Virus record (IMG/VR): IMGVR_UViG_3300021430_000575 | Location: 19,401 to 83,400 of that record | DNA length: 64,000 nt | Strand: one strand, 5' to 3' | From: a virus | Taxonomy: Duplodnaviria > Caudoviricetes | Shown here: positions 22,276-32,055 of the stretch, piece by piece | Numbering within the stretch: position 1 is the stretch's first letter | How the letters are laid out: each line of letters starts with the position of its first letter | The notes under the pieces: generated by a model | Database searches by the model: none | What the model was told of the DNA's origin: nothing | Seen by the model: only the letters and a program-made list of their open reading frames with translations | Program-made: the position numbers and the translations under genes

Positions 22276-25200
22276 TTAAATTAAAGCAACATTACCGACC
22301 ATTTCTGTTACAGTAATATATGTAGTACCCGACCCTCCTGAGATTCTATAGTAAGTAGACATAGATGCTCGTATAGGTAACGGATTTGTATTTGGTAAAA
22401 TATAAGCAGCAACACATCTCATCGGAGCTTCGTGATATGCAAGGTTTGAGAATTGACAAAATGCTGTATTCAAAGGTATCCATGACCCGCCGTCCCAATA
22501 GCTTAGTGTCATAGAAACCACAGACGATTGGCTACCTACTGCCGGATTATCGCATTCAATTTTAATTGTATTGCCGGCTCTTTGAGGATTGTAAGTAAAT
22601 TCTAAGGTATTCCATAAACTAACATTCGCCACCATAGTCTGATATGCTATTTGATTGGGAAATACAGCAGCAGTTGTCTGTACGGTATTATCAGGGAAAC
22701 GAATGCCACTTTGTCGACTTGCAACATTTGAAATCTGTATATTACCATATACTGCAAGTTGAGAATTGGTAAAACCAGATGTAGATGAAGTTCCAATTCC
22801 AACATTTCCACCAGCAACTATTCCATTTCCAACACCAACCCCGCCGGCTACTGTTAACGCACCAGTTATAGTGCTAGTTGCTGCAGTGGAATTAGTAATA
22901 GATATATTACCAAATCTACCGCTGTTTGATACTTGTAAGCTACCAGTATTAGTTATAGTGCCGGTCAATGTTGGATTAGCACTTAGCACCATACTTCCAG
23001 TGCCAGTAACACTGTTGTCAAGCGTGACACTGCCATATCGTAGTGCACCTGGTAGTTCTAGAGTGCCAGCAGCCGCACCGGTCCAATAGAACAACTGTGC
23101 TGTATTGGTTGCAGTCTCTGGTTTAACGGTTAGAAATTTAGTTCCGCCTGTTGCATATACCCTTAAAGAATCAGCATTATTTAAACCTTGAACATTGAGC
23201 ACTGTAGAGATAGTTGGACTTGCTGATAATACCATACTACCGGTACCAGTTACACTGTTGGCAAGAGTTACACCACCATAGGTTATAGCACTACTGAAGG
23301 TTTGTGCAGCACTGAAGGTTTGTGCAATGCTTAATCCTGCAACAGTAAATGTCGAGTCAGGTATAGTAACAGTTCTGTTAGCTGTAGGTGTATTGGATAT
23401 CTCGTGATAAAATGTACCGGTGGAGTTAAATAAGCGTAATGCACCTGCACCTGTAACCGACAAGGCAAGTTTAGGTTCACCGGCGTTTACACTGGTAAGC
23501 ACTCGTAATTGACCGCCAGCACTTGTGCTTTCTGCCACAGCCAGAAGTTGAACTTTGTCTCCTCTACCTCCTGCACTACTATCATTGGCTCCGAATAATA
23601 GACTTCCTAGTTCAATACCGCCTGACAAGTTAGAAGAGTTCATAAGCCTTATTCTAGGAGGCAAAGTACTGGTCTCAGTACCATATATGTTAATAGCAGC
23701 GTTTCTTACTGTGGCTACAGGAACACTAAATCCAACGCCACTGCCACCTACGCTGGTATTGGCAACAGATATTACATCACCTGCAATGTATCGATTACCT
23801 TCTCTTACCAGTGTCACAGCGGTTACAGATCCAGAAGCTATTGTTATATTAGCCGTAGCAAGACTACCACTACCACCTGTGAGAGCAACAGCAGTATATG
23901 ATCCGTCTACATATCCAGATCCGCCTGTTATTGCACCAAATGTAAGTATAGGACCTCTATATGCGTCATCACCAAGCCCGATAGGAACGGTAGGACGAAG
24001 TTGAGTGGTTTGAACACTAAATCGGTTAACTCCGCTTACTGTGGTATTTACAGCTACGGTGGAACTGTTGTACCATATACCGCTTGTAAGTGCACCGGTC
24101 CAAGTAAAGCTGGGCTGTGTAGCACTGTCTGTTGCTATACCTTGGAATCCGCCATTTGTAAGACTGGTGGCATTAAATGTACCAGAACTTAACACGTCTG
24201 TACTTGGATTATAGGTAAGTCCACTGTCAACTCGTATACCAATATTACCCGATGTTGCTTCAACAAATGTAGGATAGAATGCAGCATTGGTTGTTGTGTT
24301 GATTACTGATATATTACTTGCATTAAATGCTGTGTTAGCAACACCGAATATTGTGCCACCTACATATAGGTTTCCACCAACACCAACACCACCTGCAACA
24401 GTTAATGCGCCAGAGGTTGTGCTTGTAGCTGCAGTGGTATTGGTAACTGATATATTTCCAACAGAAGAACTATTAGTAACTGATAATGAGCTTATTGTAA
24501 GCAGTCCAATGTTGCTTACTCTTAACAATGGACTTGCATTTAAATTATTATCGATATCAACAGCAAAATCACCGCCAGTTGCTTGCCCAATAAAAATTGA
24601 ACCAGTACTATTTCTAAATTCAGCACTTACATTTAACGATGCGGTGCGTTCTATAACAAGCGGAGTAGTATCTGCGCCTGACAACGTCAGTGTATTTCCA
24701 GTAGCTTGTCCAATCATTGGTGCTGTCAATGTAGGATTATTAGATAGCACCATGCTACCTGTACCAGTAACACTATTGCTAAGTGTCACACCACCATAAG
24801 TTAATGCACCATTAAGATGTAATAATGAAACAGGGACGGTTGTACCAATACCAACTAATCCTGTCGAGGTGATTCGCATTCTTTCATCAATAACTGCATC
24901 ACCAGCAGTGTTAGTTGCAAAAGCCAATGCGCCGCCAAGTCCTGCTACATTATAATTTGTATAAACACCGTATATACCAGCAAGACGAGCAATGTTTGAG
25001 GTGGCATTAGTTCCAATAAAAAATTCAATACCGTTTGTTTGGTTAAGTGCACCACCATTAGAGTTTGAAATTTTAAGAACTGCAGTTGAGTCACCAATAA
25101 TTGTAGAAGAATCGTTTCTAGCAATAGCAAGTGGATTATCAAAGGTAGATATGCCAACACCTATGTTACCTGCAAAATAAGACTTTGCAGTGCTTAGACT

Positions 25201-28200
25201 ATTGATTGCATATGCATTAACAGCAGTATTACTGTTAATGATAGAATTTTCAATCAGTAGACCTGCACTATAGCTTAATGAATTGTTACCAGCGTATGTT
25301 ACTGCACCAATTCTAAGACCAAATGCATTGCCATTTCCTCTTCCAGTAATATCAGAAACAGACAGACCGCCAGCTGTTGCACCTGGTTGGCTGCCTAATA
25401 CATTTGAAATGTCCGTTATAACAAGTCCATATGCTGGACCACTGCCGGGTACATTGTTAGATGTAACGCGGCTAATGATCTGACCATAAGCGGAATAACC
25501 TGAACCTCCTGCAGATATACCGTCAATCTGTTGACCAATTGCATTACGAGCAACACTACCTACAGCCACATTGGTGATTGTAGCGCCATACTCACCTTGG
25601 ATGCTGCCGCCTCCTGGATTAAATATTGGTCCATATGCGCCACCGTCACCCCACACGTCAAAACGTGATCTTGGTGATGATGTACCTATACCAACTTGTC
25701 CAGTTACTAGTATATTCGAACCAGCAAATATGTTACCTACTATTCCGACCCCGCCTGCAACTGTTAATGCACCAGTAGTTGAGCTGGTAGATGCAGTGGT
25801 ATTATTAATAGATAAGTTACCAACAACCAGACTGTTTTGAATAGCAGCATTGCCAGTTAATGACAGTTGATTTGTACTCGGGTTAAATGTTAAGCTACTA
25901 CCTGCTCTGATACCGATGTTACCTGAGGTTGCTTCGACAAATGCAGGATAAAATGTTGCATTGGAGGATGTATTGGTTACAGATACATTACTTGCGTTAA
26001 ATGCGGTGTTAGCAACACCAAATATTCTTCCACCTACATAGATATTGCCTCCAATACCAATACCGCCTGCGCCTTGTATAATTAAAGCACCAGTTGATGT
26101 TGATATTGACGGGGTAGGTGTATTGCTTGCACTGCCTATGGTAATATTTCCAAATGAAGCATCACCTAGTGCGCCGGCATAAATTCCAGTGGTACTACCA
26201 GCAGAGGCATTGCTGATATAGACAAATTGGCCTGTTGAATTTTGCCAACCAATAAATCCGTATCTATCTCCGCCGCCGGAGTAATAATGATACTCGAGAC
26301 CTCTATCATAGCTATCTGGTGTTGTGAGTGGTGTACCATTTGGACCTGTTCCAATTGCAACTGCAGGATCTTCAATAACAGCGACATTGGTATTAATATA
26401 AGTAACGTTACCATTTACAATTAAATTCCCGGCAACATATAAGCTGCCGCCAATACCAGCTCCTCCCGCTACTGTTAGTGCACCAGTTGAAGTACTTGTT
26501 GCTGCAGTAGTACTTGTAATATTTACATTACCAGAAAATGTTCCGTTTGTGGTTGATAGAGCTCCAACAAGTGTTAATGCACCAGCTCCGGTTAACGTAG
26601 CTCCTAGAGTTGTTCCACCGTACCATTTAAAAGATCGACCGGCATCAGGAACACTAAACCATAGTGTGCTGCTGTCAATACCCAACGCATAGTCAACTGC
26701 CGCTGCAGTTATAGCAGGATATAATACTAATTTTGTACCTGCACTGCGAGTGGTAAATGCTGGTGGTGCGACGCCGTTTGTATTCCAATCAATTCTATTA
26801 CCTGTTCCATTGAGATAAATCTGTCCGCCACCTTCGGCAGTGTTATTTGTTAATGTGGATATTATTTGTCCTGGAAAGCTAGTGCTATTTGGTGTAACTG
26901 TTAGGCTAAGGGTTGGTTCGCCTGCATTCAAGCTGGTATATACTCGTAGAGTTCCTCCACCTGAAGAACCTGCTGCTACTCCTTGAAGCCAAACTTTATC
27001 GCCTCTACCGCCAGTGGCAGCGTCATTAGCTCCGAATAACACAGTTCCTAGTTCTTGTCCGCCGCCTAAGGTAGTGTCAGTATTCATAAGCCTAATTCGA
27101 GGTGGCAAGGTACCAGATGTAGAACCATATATATTAATAGCTGCGGTTCTTACAGTGGATACCGGAACACTAAATCCAGTTCCACTACCCCCTACACCAG
27201 TATTAGCAACCGATAATACATCGCCTGCAATGTATCGGCCACCTTCTGCTACTAGTGTAACACTTGATACAGAGCTATTTGTTACTGTTATGTTAGCCGA
27301 TGCTATAGAGCCGTTACCTCCTGTAAGAGCAACAGCCGTATATGAGCCATCGACGTAGCCAGATCCGCCTGTGATTGCACCAAATGTAAGGATAGGTCCT
27401 CTATATGCATCATCGCCTAACCCAATAGGAACTGTAGGGCGAAGTTGGGTGGTTTGTACACTAAAACGATTAGTGCCACTTACTGTAGTATTTACAGAAA
27501 TTGTAGAGCTGTCATAATATAATCCACTTGTAAGTCCACCAGTCCACGTAAAGCTCGGTTGTGTGGCACTATCCGTTGCTATGCCCTGAAATCCGCCATT
27601 CGTAAGACTGGTAGCATTAAATGTACCGGCATTAAACACATCTGTATTTGGGTTATAAGTAAGTCCAACATCTGCTCTAATACTAATATTGCCAGTGGTT
27701 GCTTCAACAAATGTAGGATAGAACGTTGCGTTTGTAGTAGTGTTAAATACCGATACATTGCTTGCATTAAATGATGTGTTAGCAACACCAAATATTGTTC
27801 CGCCTACATATAAATTACCACCAATGCCAACACCCCCTGCCACAGTTAATGCACCTGTTGTGCTACTAGTTGCTGCAGTGGAGTTAGTAATAGCTATATT
27901 ACCAGCAGATATGCTGTTTTGTATGGCAGCATTTCCTATTAATGATATCTGATTTGTACTAGGATTAAACGTAAACACCGGATCTGTTCTAAGTCCAATA
28001 TTACCTGTTGTTGCTTCAACAAAAGCAGGATAGAATGTTGCATTTGTAGTAGTGCTAGTTACGGACAAGTTACTTGCATTAAATGCCGTGTTAGCAACAC
28101 CAAATATTCTTCCACCTACATAGACATTTCCTGCTATTCCCGCACCACCTGCTACTATTAATGCACCAGATGTTGTGCTGGTTGCAGCAGTAGAATTGGT

Positions 28201-29970
28201 AATAGATAGATTGGCAATTTGTGTGGCTTCGGTAATTCTAACATTACCCCATACCTCTAGCCTTGCACGAGGAGGAAATGTACCGACACCTACTCTACCA
28301 ATTCCATCAACAATAAACGGAGTTGTATCATTGGCGCTGTCGCTGACAATCAACGAATTCCCTGATCCATCTTGACGTATTCTTACAGTATCAGTTGTGT
28401 TATTTGCGTAAACTCTAAGAACAGATCTAACTAGATCGCTGGTACCAATACCGATATTACTTGTTATATATGCATTGCTAGCCCAGATATTACCGGCGAC
28501 ACCAATGCCACCGGCTACTCTTAATGCACCTGTAATTGTACTAGTAGAAGATGTAGTATTGGTAACTGATATATTACCTGCCCATAGACTACCCGTGGTA
28601 TATATATTTCCTCTTACATCAACTCGTTGAGTTGGCGATGCAATACCTATGCCAAAATTACCAGTAATATTATCAAAGAACAATTGATTGGTCGGAGCAA
28701 GTCTTACGTTACCACTGGTGCTGTATAAAATAGATCCACTAACCGGTGTAAGGTCGGAACTAGTACCACCTCGACTCATTGGCAACTGGCCGGTGGTTAT
28801 AGTTGTATTTGATAGATTAACTGCACCCCATAATAACTCACTACCGTTAGTAGTTAATATCTTGTCTATACTACCAATCGGAAGTTTACCAAGTAACAAC
28901 GAGTCGTTTGTTCCATAGAGAAGATCTCCATTGCTAATAGAGGTAAATCCAGTTCCGCCGACGTCAACATTAATTACTCGACCTGCCCATTCAGCTCCTT
29001 TAATTCTGTTTGTCGACGGATTATACGTATACTCAGTATCAGCACGAATAACTGAACTACCGGCAACTGTATCTACAAACGGAACATAATAATCATTATT
29101 ATTAGCTGAGCTATCAACAATAATAACATTTGCGATATTTCCACTGTTTAAAATAGAGCCATCTGGGAACCGAATTGAACTTTGTCTGCCAGAAACATTT
29201 GATATCTGTATATTTCCGTAAACTGCTAATGCCGCATTAGTAAAACCTACAGTCGATGAAGTACCAATTCCAATGTTTCCTCCAGCAATTATACCGTTTG
29301 CAATACCTGCTCCCCCTGATACAATTAACGCACCGGTTGTGCTGCTAGTTGATGCTGTAGAATTAGTAATGGATAAATTTCCAAACCTACCACTATTTTG
29401 TATCCAAGCATTACCTGTAAGAGATAGCTGATTTGTGCTTGGATTAAACGTCCACATGCTATCTGCACGTATACTAATATTTCCTGTAGTTGCCTCGACA
29501 AAAGTAGGATAGAAAGTTGCGTTAGTAGTTGTATCAACTACTGCAATATTACTGGCACTAAATGCCGACCCAGATGCAGCAGTAGCCTGAAATGTACCAT
29601 CAGAGAAAACAACACCACCAATTGTTGATGTGTTTCCAATACGTATATTGCCAAATACATGTAACGGCGATAATGGGGTTGCTGTACCAACACCAACATT
29701 TCCGCCAAATGCAGAAAGACTTACATTACCACTTGCATCAACATTGATAATAGGTATTCCAGAAATATCATTTACTGAGAAAATTGACCCAGATGTAACG
29801 TTATTAGAAATACTGAATAGTTGTCCAGTAATATTTTCAAAACTTAAACTGTTATCGTCGGTGACACGCAGAGTCATTGGTACATTAGCATTACCTGTGA
29901 AAACAACGTTTGGCTGTCCAGGTAGGTTTCTATTTGGTATGATAACTATGTTTTTGTCACTATTGGCCAT
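22276..29970 (-). CDS. Giant modular tail-fibre-like protein (2564 aa)
   Basis: Recurrent VGIGT..P and ST.TGAL.V.GG.GI.GN repeats; ~330-aa internal duplication; ATAAATA and SD upstream. Confidence 0.8.
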   Translation of the reverse strand: MANSDKNIVIIPNRNLPGQPNVVFTGNANVPMTLRVTDDNSLSFENITGQLFSISNNVTSGSIFSVNDISGIPIINVDASGNVSLSAFGGNVGVGTATPLSPLHVFGNIRIGNTSTIGGVVFSDGTFQATAASGSAFSASNIAVVDTTTNATFYPTFVEATTGNISIRADSMWTFNPSTNQLSLTGNAWIQNSGRFGNLSITNSTASTSSTTGALIVSGGAGIANGIIAGGNIGIGTSSTVGFTNAALAVYGNIQISNVSGRQSSIRFPDGSILNSGNIANVIIVDSSANNNDYYVPFVDTVAGSSVIRADTEYTYNPSTNRIKGAEWAGRVINVDVGGTGFTSISNGDLLYGTNDSLLLGKLPIGSIDKILTTNGSELLWGAVNLSNTTITTGQLPMSRGGTSSDLTPVSGSILYSTSGNVRLAPTNQLFFDNITGNFGIGIASPTQRVDVRGNIYTTGSLWAGNISVTNTTSSTSTITGALRVAGGIGVAGNIWASNAYITSNIGIGTSDLVRSVLRVYANNTTDTVRIRQDGSGNSLIVSDSANDTTPFIVDGIGRVGVGTFPPRARLEVWGNVRITEATQIANLSITNSTAATSTTSGALIVAGGAGIAGNVYVGGRIFGVANTAFNASNLSVTSTTTNATFYPAFVEATTGNIGLRTDPVFTFNPSTNQISLIGNAAIQNSISAGNIAITNSTAATSSTTGALTVAGGVGIGGNLYVGGTIFGVANTSFNASNVSVFNTTTNATFYPTFVEATTGNISIRADVGLTYNPNTDVFNAGTFNATSLTNGGFQGIATDSATQPSFTWTGGLTSGLYYDSSTISVNTTVSGTNRFSVQTTQLRPTVPIGLGDDAYRGPILTFGAITGGSGYVDGSYTAVALTGGNGSIASANITVTNSSVSSVTLVAEGGRYIAGDVLSVANTGVGGSGTGFSVPVSTVRTAAINIYGSTSGTLPPRIRLMNTDTTLGGGQELGTVLFGANDAATGGRGDKVWLQGVAAGSSGGGTLRVYTSLNAGEPTLSLTVTPNSTSFPGQIISTLTNNTAEGGGQIYLNGTGNRIDWNTNGVAPPAFTTRSAGTKLVLYPAITAAAVDYALGIDSSTLWFSVPDAGRSFKWYGGTTLGATLTGAGALTLVGALSTTNGTFSGNVNITSTTAATSTSTGALTVAGGAGIGGSLYVAGNLIVNGNVTYINTNVAVIEDPAVAIGTGPNGTPLTTPDSYDRGLEYHYYSGGGDRYGFIGWQNSTGQFVYISNASAGSTTGIYAGALGDASFGNITIGSASNTPTPSISTSTGALIIQGAGGIGIGGNIYVGGRIFGVANTAFNASNVSVTNTSSNATFYPAFVEATSGNIGIRAGSSLTFNPSTNQLSLTGNAAIQNSLVVGNLSINNTTASTSSTTGALTVAGGVGIVGNIFAGSNILVTGQVGIGTSSPRSRFDVWGDGGAYGPIFNPGGGSIQGEYGATITNVAVGSVARNAIGQQIDGISAGGSGYSAYGQIISRVTSNNVPGSGPAYGLVITDISNVLGSQPGATAGGLSVSDITGRGNGNAFGLRIGAVTYAGNNSLSYSAGLLIENSIINSNTAVNAYAINSLSTAKSYFAGNIGVGISTFDNPLAIARNDSSTIIGDSTAVLKISNSNGGALNQTNGIEFFIGTNATSNIARLAGIYGVYTNYNVAGLGGALAFATNTAGDAVIDERMRITSTGLVGIGTTVPVSLLHLNGALTYGGVTLSNSVTGTGSMVLSNNPTLTAPMIGQATGNTLTLSGADTTPLVIERTASLNVSAEFRNSTGSIFIGQATGGDFAVDIDNNLNASPLLRVSNIGLLTISSLSVTNSSSVGNISVTNTTAATSTTSGALTVAGGVGVGGNLYVGGTIFGVANTAFNASNISVINTTTNAAFYPTFVEATSGNIGIRVDSGLTYNPSTDVLSSGTFNATSLTNGGFQGIATDSATQPSFTWTGALTSGIWYNSSTVAVNTTVSGVNRFSVQTTQLRPTVPIGLGDDAYRGPILTFGAITGGSGYVDGSYTAVALTGGSGSLATANITIASGSVTAVTLVREGNRYIAGDVISVANTSVGGSGVGFSVPVATVRNAAINIYGTETSTLPPRIRLMNSSNLSGGIELGSLLFGANDSSAGGRGDKVQLLAVAESTSAGGQLRVLTSVNAGEPKLALSVTGAGALRLFNSTGTFYHEISNTPTANRTVTIPDSTFTVAGLSIAQTFSAAQTFSSAITYGGVTLANSVTGTGSMVLSASPTISTVLNVQGLNNADSLRVYATGGTKFLTVKPETATNTAQLFYWTGAAAGTLELPGALRYGSVTLDNSVTGTGSMVLSANPTLTGTITNTGSLQVSNSGRFGNISITNSTAATSTITGALTVAGGVGVGNGIVAGGNVGIGTSSTSGFTNSQLAVYGNIQISNVASRQSGIRFPDNTVQTTAAVFPNQIAYQTMVANVSLWNTLEFTYNPQRAGNTIKIECDNPAVGSQSSVVSMTLSYWDGGSWIPLNTAFCQFSNLAYHEAPMRCVAAYILPNTNPLPIRASMSTYYRISGGSGTTYITVTEMVGNVALI

Positions 29971-30034
29971 TTCTCAATCCTTGTACTCGATATTTATCGG
30001 TTATTAGCAGACAATTCACAGTTATTGGTATAAA

Positions 30035-30718
30035 TCATAGTCCAAATCTTCCTCGAGTTGCATTAAAAAGATGTGTTATTTCATTATTTGATAGAGCTCT
30101 GTTATATAACATTCCTGTTGCTACGTAGCCCCACGGTTGATTATTGCTACTATCACCTAAATTTCCTAACCAAACGTGCACTCCTCCGGCTACACTATAG
30201 GCTATCGTATTTCCTACTGGAACATCATTAACAAACAGAGAACTAGACCCACCTGATGATGTAATAGTCCACATTGTCCATTTAGCTTCGAGCTCGGCTG
30301 TGATAATATTATATCCAAATGATCTAAAAGTTCCACTGATCCACATGCCTGCTAGACCTGTGGTTTTTTGTATTAAAAAAGGATGATTACCGGTTGCCGA
30401 TGAATGTCTCCATAATGTTCTCCAAGTTGATACCTGCGAATCCAACAAACATCTAGCCCATGATACCATAGTGTATGATGCCGGCAATGTGTAATTAACA
30501 GACGTTCGTGTTATTACTCTACCAGTAGCTGCGCAGTCAAAACACTGAACTCCATCTTGCGATGTTAGTGCTACACCTGCTGAGAGAGTATGATTAATAC
30601 GATTTGTTGACAGATCGTTGAAACTGGTTCCAGATCCTGTATAACTGCGTGGATTAATCACGTCCAAGTATAAATCTAACCCAATAATTGGAATTAACGG
30701 TCCGTGTCCTAAACTCAT
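30035..30718 (-). CDS. LamG/ConA-like domain protein
   Basis: LYLDVINPRSYTGSGTSFNDLS...LYNRALS..EI..LFNATRGRFGL. Confidence 0.75.
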   Translation of the reverse strand: MSLGHGPLIPIIGLDLYLDVINPRSYTGSGTSFNDLSTNRINHTLSAGVALTSQDGVQCFDCAATGRVITRTSVNYTLPASYTMVSWARCLLDSQVSTWRTLWRHSSATGNHPFLIQKTTGLAGMWISGTFRSFGYNIITAELEAKWTMWTITSSGGSSSLFVNDVPVGNTIAYSVAGGVHVWLGNLGDSSNNQPWGYVATGMLYNRALSNNEITHLFNATRGRFGL

Positions 30719-31392
30719 ATACTAAACCTTCCACGTAATGCATTAAAGTTTTGTACAGTTTCAGCGGCTGTTAAAACTCTATTATAAACTGCTGCTATTG
30801 CCAAATCGCCGTTATAATAATATCCTCTAGTACCGCTGTAACCCCCATGTGCCCCTATGCTCATGCCACTGGCATTTGTCGCTACTGTACCAACAGTTGT
30901 GCCTGTTCCGGCAACAGATGAGTTAATATAACAAACTTGTGATCCACTGGTAAATGTAAATACCACTTGATACCAGTCTGTTGTATTCATAAAATTAGCT
31001 GTGGTTACGGCTATTGTATTCACTATAGTACCTGTGTTTACTCTACAGAAAATAACAGTACCTCCTTGAAAAAGACTATATTGTGTATTAACATTTCCTT
31101 TTTCAAACCAAAATCCATTTTGATTTAATGAATTTGTGCGAACCCAAACCATTATACTGAAATTTTGATTGTCCAATGCTGTTGTATTGGTAAATCTAAT
31201 ATATTTATTTGTAACAAAAGAAAAATATCCATCCAAATTGTATACAGGCGCGTTTACTGCTTCTCCAGTGGTAGAGTTTTTCATTAAATCAAAACATGCT
31301 GTTCCTGTACCTGGATAGCTCATTGTGTTTTTAGCATCAAAATAAAAAACCATTCCATTTGTCAACACAGATGGTCCAGCAAATGCACTCAT
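30715..31392 (-). CDS. LamG/ConA-like domain protein
   Basis: FYFDAKNTMSYPGTGT...YNGDLAIAAVYNRVLT..E..QNFNALRGRFSI. Confidence 0.8.
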   Translation of the reverse strand: MSAFAGPSVLTNGMVFYFDAKNTMSYPGTGTACFDLMKNSTTGEAVNAPVYNLDGYFSFVTNKYIRFTNTTALDNQNFSIMVWVRTNSLNQNGFWFEKGNVNTQYSLFQGGTVIFCRVNTGTIVNTIAVTTANFMNTTDWYQVVFTFTSGSQVCYINSSVAGTGTTVGTVATNASGMSIGAHGGYSGTRGYYYNGDLAIAAVYNRVLTAAETVQNFNALRGRFSI

Positions 31393-32054
31393 AGTCCAAA
31401 CCTCGATCTAGTTGCTTGAAAATTTTGATATATTTCTTGTGGTGTTAGAAGCCTTGAATATTGTCTAGCTATTGACACTTCTATGTTTGAATACAGATTA
31501 TCTCTGTTATCTTTGGCAATACTCCACACAGCATTGCCGGCTACACCTAAATCAGTGCTGGTAAATTCAGGAGTATCCAATTCACCGTTTGCATAATAGG
31601 TAGCAGTATATCCAGATAACAATACAACTGCCTGAACCCATTCTCCAATGGCCATTGTTTTATTAGATAATATTAAACTGCTGTCGTCCCATCTCCAACC
31701 AAACTTTCCTGTTCCGGTTGTTGTGCGCAATATACCACTGGAACCATTTCGATCGCCCCAGATAGCCATTCCAGCTAATGATAAAAATCGAAACCATATT
31801 TCAACAGTGCGGGTTGGTGATGCACTCCACGTAATGTTTAGTGCGCTGCTGCCTATATCAGCATGTTGATTGATACCATCAAATACAAAAGTTGATCCTG
31901 TAAACGTAGGAGTATTAAGTAAATTAAGACCGGATGTAACACCTGATATGTCTGTCCAGGTATCACCGGTACCTGGATAACTTCGTTGATTAGCCGCATC
32001 GACACAGAACAATAATCCATTTGTTACAGCAGACGGTCCGTACGCAACCGACAT
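31389..32054 (-). CDS. LamG/ConA-like domain protein
   Basis: LFCVDAANQRSYPGTGDTWTDIS...YSRLLTPQEIYQNFQATRSRFGL. Confidence 0.8.
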   Translation of the reverse strand: MSVAYGPSAVTNGLLFCVDAANQRSYPGTGDTWTDISGVTSGLNLLNTPTFTGSTFVFDGINQHADIGSSALNITWSASPTRTVEIWFRFLSLAGMAIWGDRNGSSGILRTTTGTGKFGWRWDDSSLILSNKTMAIGEWVQAVVLLSGYTATYYANGELDTPEFTSTDLGVAGNAVWSIAKDNRDNLYSNIEVSIARQYSRLLTPQEIYQNFQATRSRFGL

Positions 32055-32055
32055 A

